Positions 54,836 to 64,000 of a stretch of 64,000 nucleotides of DNA are shown here, piece after piece (position 1 is the stretch's first letter; every line of letters starts with the position of its first letter). This DNA comes from Octopus vulgaris (Eukaryota), in NCBI GenBank assembly GCA_951406725.2, contig OX597818.1, forward strand, positions 122,016,001-122,080,000. Direction: 5' to 3'. The position numbers and the translations under genes were made by a program. The notes under the pieces are model-generated. The model was not told the origin of the DNA. It searched no databases and saw nothing but the letters and a program-made list of their open reading frames with translations.

Positions 54836-55199
54836 TTTTCGTATGTATGTATGCTACATATAAATCATTAAGGTCCTAGATCCAGTTGTATACAGTATTG
54901 TAGTCACGATTTGGTTGAAGGAGGTTTATACGTTTAGCCATGATGTCCTTGTGTATTCACTAATATTTGTATTTGTTATTCAAGTTTCAACAAAGTTGTG
55001 TGTCAGAATTAAAATTAAAGTTTTTCACAGCTAGGGTAATCTTTTCTCTCAGGTTGTTTTTAATTCTACAATTGTATTTAAACATACATATTGAGCGGTG
55101 TTTATTTGTTTTTGTGAATTGATTTGAAACGGTACATTGTGTGCGTGTGTGCGTGTTTATACATACATACACACATACAAATACATACATAGACACATA

Positions 55200-55232
<33 letters not shown>

Positions 55233-56208
55233 CATGTATATATATGTGCATGAATACATGTATATGCATTGCGTGTATATATATGTATGCATTGTGTGTG
55301 TATGTATGTTATGTGTGTGTGTGTGTATATATATATTATATGTATGCGTACGTGTATGTGTATGCATTGTGTGTATGTGTGTTGTGTGTATATGTGGTAC
55401 ATCTATGTATGTGTATGTAAACACTATTTATATGTATATGTGTATATATGTATATGCATTGTCTATATATATATATATTGTATGTATGTATTGCGTATGT
55501 ATATTGCATGCATATATTGTGTATGTATATTACTTACATGCTGTATGTGTGTATTGTATGTGTATATATATATATGCTAGGTGTATTTGTGTGATATTTA
55601 TATTATGTATGTATGTGTGCGTGTGTTGTGTGTGTGTGTGTATGTGTGTTATATATCTGTGTATATTATATATAGATACATGTTATATTTGTGTGCTGTG
55701 TATATATGTGATATATGTGGGTGCGTTGTGTGTGGGTGTGTGTGTTCTGTGTGTGTGTGTGTTGTCTGTATGTGGTTTGTGTTTGTATACTATGTGTGTG
55801 TGTGTGTGTGTTGTTGTGTGTGTGTGTGTTTGTGTGTATATATATGTGTGTGACAAACAGACGCTGTCTGACCAGCAGGCACGGACACATCTATTCACAC
55901 CCGCATACTAACCTCCTGATAACCCCAAAATCATTCATGCATAAAGGGGAAGTATACACCACATTGGCTACTTCTGTTCTCTCAGTTCAGCCTTTCTGCT
56001 AATACTAACAGGTCAGTAAAAACATACTTAAAATATTCTGAGATGGACAAAAAATCCATTTTAATTTTTGCTGTCAAAACGCTGTATATATATACCAAAG
56101 ATTGTATATATATACATGTAATGTGACAATTTGCGACAACCAATAATTAACGCAACCAATTCCCAATAATATATTTGTTTTATCCTTTTCTGCCAAATTT
56201 TCCCAAAT

Positions 56209-56435
56209 AATGTGACAATTATGTATAAAAAAACATTTTTGAATTCATAATATCCAATGTGACAATTATGTAAAAAACTTTTTGAATGCATAATATTCAA
56301 TGTGACAATTATGTAAAAAACTTTTTTGAACCCATAATATCCAATGTGACAATTATGTAAAAAACTTTTTTGAATGCATAATATTCAATGTGACAATTAT
56401 GTAAAAAACTTTTTTGAACCCATATTATTCAATGT
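56209..56435 (+). repeat. ~44-bp minisatellite, 5 units
   Basis: AATGTGACAATTATGTAAAAAACTTTTTTGAA(TGC/CCC)ATAATAT(T/C)C. Confidence 0.95.
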
Positions 56436-56548
56436 TTCCTTAAATGTAACTTTTGACAATCTTTTACCAAAGAGTGAAACCGGTTAAGTAAATAAACATC
56501 GTTTAAATTGCATTTTCAAACCTTTTTTCTTATATATATACACATATA

Positions 56549-56584
<36 letters not shown>

Positions 56585-56587
56585 TAG

Positions 56588-56640
<53 letters not shown>

Positions 56641-57525
56641 AGGCAGAGGGAGATGGGGAGGGAGAGAGAGAAAGTAATATAGGATTCTAAGAGGTGATAA
56701 GCTGTGGGGCGATCTCTGCATCTTTAGTTATTCTCTCATTTCTCCCTGTGTCTTTGTCCATTCAATATGTTCAACACCAACATAACGGTTGCTTTTCCCG
56801 CTATCGAAACTCTTATTGCAACCAACAGATTCTTGTGTGTAAGTATATTTATGTTTACGTGTACTTGTGTGTTTGCTGTAGTAAAAAGTATATTTCAACC
56901 TGTACTGTATAAAAAACACAAAAAAAAAACAAAACAAAAACAAAACAAAAAAAACCCAGAAATATTAATGGCAGAATATCGGACAGAAACTTCTTCCTTG
57001 TTAATAAAGCGTAACACAAGTACTGCAGCTCAACTCTTCAGTTATTATTAAACTATAGCATAGTTGGGTACTAAATCAACGCAGTACTTTTAAATATGCA
57101 ACAAGAAATTCTTCGAAGCGTTATGATGGATATGACAAGATATTATTACCTCCAGGGGAATTCTTTATCGCTGGTATTACGCCAGAAATGCTGGACGTTG
57201 AACTTTCTACGGTTATTGCAAGTATATATAAATACACAGATAATTATACCCGTATGAATTGTGTTATACTGATTATGGAGTCAGGGTAGGTGGAGCTCTA
57301 AGCAATTCACTTAGAAGAAAAAGCCACTTCAATATAAAACCTAAAGCTTGTTGGTCACTGCAGCCGTCTTAGCCGGTTGAACCACTGCATGAGACCCAAG
57401 TCAACCGAATGTGATCAGATTGCGCGGACTGACCCTCACTTTGAAATTACTAAGCGTAAGCAGAATGAAGGGGCATGCAGCGTCAAGGTTCGGTTTACAG
57501 CGTTACTAGAGAACATACCACTCTT

Positions 57526-57870
57526 GATCATGGCTCCGGGTTCCGTTCCACTATGTGACACCTTGGGCATGTATCTTCTACTATAGCCTCGGACCAACGA
57601 TAGCCTTGTCAGTGGATTTGGTAGACAGAAACTGAAAGAAGCCCGTCGTATATGTGTGTGTGTGTGTGTGTGTGTGTATTTGTGTGTCTGTGCTTCTCCC
57701 GCTTGACAACCGATACTGGTGTATGTCCCTGTAACTTAGGGGTTTGGCAAACGAGACCGATACAGTAAGTACCAGGCTTACAAAGAATAAGTCCTGCGGG
57801 TTAATTTATTCGACTAAGGCGGTGTTCCAGCATGGCTGCAGTCAAATGACAAGTAAAAGAATAAAAAAGA
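57526..57870 (+). mobile_element. SINE family B
   Basis: ccttgggcatgtatcttctactatagcctcgg..ggatttggtagac..(TG)n..cagcatggctgcagtc. Confidence 0.88.
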
Positions 57871-58950
57871 ATATATAAAACTATCAGTCTAACTAGCTAC
57901 CTGGCTATCTACCTTACTGTCTCTCTGTATCGCATCTTCTCATCTCATCCCACTCTATCGTATATCATATTTATATGATTATGAAGTAACAGATTTTTTT
58001 AAAAACATTATTTTGAAACGTTAACGGTGTCCGGCCAAAATACTTTTACATAAGAAATTTATTTTCCTTTATATTTCCTTATTAGTCCTTCCTGTTTATT
58101 TTCACGCTATAACGTTCTAAAGCCAATTAACATATAAACACCTCATATGACTTATCAACTGAGTAAAGTTATGATAATTGCAGGTCATTGGTGCGTTTTG
58201 CAGAAGGCAAGAAATGATAATGGGAAAGGATGTAGCTGATAAAATCATTGCCAGAGGTAAAATTATTCAACGTTTATTATCAGAATATATATTCATCGTT
58301 TAATTTCACGAAAGCTGTATTTCTGTCTTGACTTTTGTTTCGTATTTTGCTGTGAATAAAGCACACTTCAATAATCATTTTGTTCATTTATACAGAGACA
58401 GACTGACACACATACACACAGACAGACACGTAGACACATAGACATACGGACACACACATATATGCATACAGACACACACAAATATACACATGCACACACA
58501 TATATTCATACGTACGCATGTGTTTTTGAAAAAGGAAAACGTTTTTATGCTTTAGAAGTTACGTTGCAGGAGTCAATTTCCTGGCAAAGTGTGTATGCTC
58601 GTGTGTGTGTGTGCGCTTGCATGCATACGTATATGTGTGACTCTCTCTATATATGTATGAATGTATGTATATATAAATGTATGTTTATAGACACACACAC
58701 ACACATACATACGCTCGCACATACGCTCACATACACACAAACATATATATAATCTTACACGCATTCAGAAGAATGTATGTATAAATGTTTGCGCGTGTGT
58801 GTATATGTATATGTATATCTATATATCTATATATCTATATTGATTACATAAGAAAAATACATACACACATATATGTATGTGTATATATATGTATGTGCCC
58901 CAGCATGGCCACAGCTCATTAGCTGAAACTAGAAAAATCAAAATCAAAAT

Positions 58951-58994
<44 letters not shown>

Positions 58995-59007
58995 GTGTAT
59001 ATAAATG

Positions 59008-59044
<37 letters not shown>

Positions 59045-60066
59045 CATTCATATGTACATTCATACATCCCCAACCCCCCTCACACATACCCATATATTCA
59101 TCATCTGTATGTGCAATGATTGTGCCAGCAGTGTTGAGTCATCAAGTGTTATGTATAAATGTGAGTTGGTAAGTGTGTATGTGTTGAATCTGTGTGAGCG
59201 TGTATATATATATATATATATATGTTTGTGCGTATGTGTGTGTGGTTATGTATGTTTATTTGAAGAGAAAGTGATTACATTAGAACATTTAAGAACTATA
59301 ATCATAAGCCTACACTCATATACATACGCATAAATAAACACACACATGTGTTGGTGTATATATACACTAATATAAGAAGCATATTTATACAAACATAACA
59401 TATGATACAGTCACATGCATATATATATATATATACGCATGTTAGCACAGTTGCGCATATTTTCATACAAGTATATTCATAGACGCATATATATGTTGTG
59501 AAAAGCTTTCATACGTATATCTGAACGTACGAAAGTGTGTTTGAATATACAAACGGATGTACCCCTCTCCCAGATTGAATTTATTCGAAATTATAACTAA
59601 AACAATGCTTGTAATACTTAGGTTTTATTGTTAAAATTCATTTAAGCATAAACTATTTAAATGAGTCTACATTTTCATCTTAAAAGCTCGCAGACTGTTT
59701 AGAGCGATTCTATTAATAGAATGACCTTGTCTAATACGATGAGACTTAATTTCGACTCTTTTGAATTCCCATGAGAAACCAAAGCCTTTGTAATCTTAGT
59801 ATTTAAATATGATTCCGTCGTTGTCAAAATATGTATACCGCAGAAAAAATACAAAAGAAACATACTGCACCTTTTCATTAAAAAATTGGTGATACAGTTG
59901 TTTTAATAAATAATTATAGTTCGGTTAACGAAAGTCGTTCCTTTTGCGTTCTAGTTAGGAAGTGACAGTCTATCTTTATTTGATGACAATAAGTTTTATT
60001 TGAAGACCATACATTTGGTAGGATTGGACCTAGGACTATGTATTTGTCAGAGATTTTTTGAAAGTA

Positions 60067-61284
<1,218 letters not shown>

Positions 61285-61784
61285 TTTTTCCCGAATCTCC
61301 CCAAGCCTATGACTTCTTTAAAATGTAATCAGAAGACTAATCTGCGTAACGCAGTCCTAGAAAATGTTGGTACTTGCAGCAATTAAGCCAAGGTAACTGG
61401 AAACACTCTTCAACTGCATAGTATTCCCGCCGCCTGCTCTAGCTGATTAAACAATTTCTAGTTAACTACTTATAGCTTAAGAAGATTCAAAATGCTCTAC
61501 ATCATCATAGATATATGCCTTCCAGCCTGTTGGCTTGCATAAAGTTTCATCATATATTAACTGTGTCGTATTATTTTTACGATTTGAAGCACGTAGTTTA
61601 ATTTTAAAGAATATAATGTTTTTATTCAAGGGAAATTTATTGGCAACATTCAAGAGGTCAGATGATAACTTTCCAAATCTGTCAGTAAATAACATCCGAA
61701 GTTGCTGATGTTGTAGCTACAGCTAACGATTTTAGACATGCCGTTGTTGCTATTGCTATTCTTGTTCTCGTTGTTGTCTCTCAT

Positions 61785-62186
61785 CTCCGAAAGGATGAAA
61801 AGCAAAGCCGACCACGGCGGAATTTTAACTCAGAACGTGGAGATAGACGAAAGACCAGTAAGCATTTTATCCGATGTGCTATCGATTCTGCTAGCTTGCC
61901 GAATTAAATAATAATCATAATCATAACAACAACAACAACAACAACAATAATAATAATAATAATGATTATTATTATTATTATAATCCTCATCGTTAGTCCA
62001 CCGGGCAAAATACTTAGGGGCATTTCATCCGTCTTTACGTTCTGTGTTCAAATTCCACCGAGGTTGATATTGGTATTTACCCACCCAGGATAGATAAAAT
62101 AAGTGCCATTTGAGCCTTGAGTTTAATGCAATCAAATTACCCCACCCCCCTTTAAATTACTGGGCTTCTGCCAAAATTTGAAACCG

Positions 62187-62188
<2 letters not shown>
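61785..62188. mobile_element. Two SINE C copies in opposite orientation
   Basis: 61785-61903 (-) and ~61998-62188 (+), separated by (AAC/AAT/ATT)n. Confidence 0.8.
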
Positions 62189-62268
<80 letters not shown>

Positions 62269-62654
62269 CATCGTTTTCCTTCAATCAGACAGTTTGAAAA
62301 ATTGTTTAACCATCAGTCATCGGTTTGTTTATACATGTTTTTGCTATCTTTACCCCCCCACTTCAACCCTCATCTCAGAGACAAATCTTACAAATATTAT
62401 CTTGTTACGAACGGGAAATAAAAACATAATGAAAATGGTGTAACGTTACAAGAGAACAGTCTGGTAGCCATTTCCAAAGACACCAAAAGAAATACAAATA
62501 AATCTTTGAGGATTAAAATGAAAAAAAAAGAATTTTATGAAAAAACGAAGTACATACACACATTACATACATACATACATACATGCATATATATATATAT
62601 ATATACATATATGTATATATGTATATATGTATGTATATATATATATATATATGC

Positions 62655-62689
<35 letters not shown>

Positions 62690-63566
62690 TACATATATAC
62701 ATATATATACATACATATATGTACATACATATATATATATATATATATGTATGTGTATATATATACACACATATATATATACATATACACACATACATAT
62801 ATAATGATTAGCTGGCTTTGTAAATTGATAGCTGTAGAATTAATAACTTGTTTGTTTGTATTACTTCCTTTATAGCAAAAAAAGAAAATAAGTGAAAATA
62901 AATTTAAAAGCAAAAAACATCGACAGCTGACAAATGAACGTGTGAGCAGTCTACAAGGATGTTTAATCAGCTAGATATAGCAGCAAAATCTGTCTTAAAT
63001 CACAGTATGTAGCTTTGATAAAAAAGGGGGAACTAAATAGTAAATGATTTCCTAAATATTGACTTTTCTGAAAATAAAATATACTGGGTGGGTAATCACA
63101 ACCGGGATGTCTTTGATGATAGGTTTGATCCATCAAAAGTTGCTGAGTGGAGTTACAAAAACAACATCAGCGACAATATAAGCAGCAAAAGCAGCAGCAG
63201 CAGTAACCGCGTCAGTATGATACCATTCATACTTCTATTTGGTGATAGAAGGATGATGGCAAAAATTGTGCTAAAAGGTTCTAATTAATTATATCTTGAT
63301 GAGTGGATATTTCAAGAGTGAAATTGTTTTGCTCAAATTTATATATGGATTAGGCAGATGAGGAAGGGCAGCGTTCATAATCGATATTTTAAGGATCGAT
63401 GTGACCAGTGTGAGAAGGGTAGACTCAGATCAGTGATATAACTTGAGTGTATATAACAGAGTCAGCCCCGTTAAAGACCCATGGAACTAAGAGATGGTTC
63501 TAAGACCAGGCAATGAAACAAACTGAATAAACGTGTCACCTTACGCATATGTTAAACAGTTCATGT

Positions 63567-63946
63567 GGAGCCGCAATGGCCCAGTGGTTAGGGCAGCGGA
63601 CTCGCGGTCGTAGGATCGCGGTTTCGATTCCCAGACAGGGCGTTGTGAGTGTTTATTGAGCGAAAACATCTAAAGCTCCACGAGGCTCCGGCAGGGATGG
63701 TGGTGATCCCTGCTGTACTCTTTCACCACAACTTTCTCTCACTCTTACTTCCTGTTTCTGTTGTACCTATATTTCAAAGGGCCGGCCTTGTCACTCACTG
63801 TGTCACGCTGAATATCCCCGAGAACTACGTTAAGGGTACACGTGTCTGTGGAGTGCTCAGCCACTTACACGTTAATTTCACGAGCAGGCTGTTCCGTTGA
63901 TCGGATCAACCGGAACCCTCATCGTCGTAACCGACGGAGTGCTTCC
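63567..63946 (+). mobile_element. SINE family A, full length, with 13-bp TSD
   Basis: ATGTTAAACAGTT at 63549-63561 and 63950-63962. Confidence 0.94.
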
Positions 63947-64000
63947 AAAATGTTAAACAGTTAAAGTCTGAGTAAATTCATGATGTGTAAGCGGTTGGAC

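Noticed and set aside
54704-56435. Palindromic 17-bp and 44-bp arrays as CRISPR arrays
   Set aside because: No unique spacers, no cas genes, eukaryotic context
57059-57290. Open frame ..YDGYDKILLPPGEFFIAGITPEMLDVELSTVIAS..
   Set aside because: No start codon or splice signals, no homology I recognise, and the length is within chance expectation
58204-58256. Possible exon RQEMIMGKDVADKIIAR
   Set aside because: Weak donor (gtaaaa) and no other support
59706-59721. Perfect 16-bp palindrome ATTCTATTAATAGAAT
   Set aside because: AT-rich and isolated; plausible by chance at this base composition

Overview
AT-rich eukaryotic non-coding DNA, very likely from an octopus genome (inferred from the SINE families and the extreme microsatellite density). 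Nearly every ORF in the supplied track is a translation of (TA)n/(CA)n/(TATG)n/(AAT)n/(GAA)n repeats, and I find no intact protein-coding gene. The window is a mosaic of several tRNA-derived SINE families (my labels A, B, C, E, G), a ~555-bp (AAT)n-tailed element (D), and decayed transposons: a DD41D Tc1/mariner with TIRs, a mariner C-terminus, an RTE-type LINE 3' end, Penelope GIY-YIG and pLTR remnants, two non-autonomous Helitrons and a Helentron/HINE. It also holds two long foldback elements and a few minisatellites. Best leads: (1) a foldback element whose arms each carry a minimal hammerhead-ribozyme-like motif with an A3-U8 covariation; (2) a young SINE subfamily joined at the same GGTATTTCGTC site of other copies of its own family at two loci; (3) a 6-nt microexon or recursive splice site on the minus strand; (4) head/tail module swapping among SINEs. 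All calls come from manual reading; no searches were run, and repeat boundaries are approximate.
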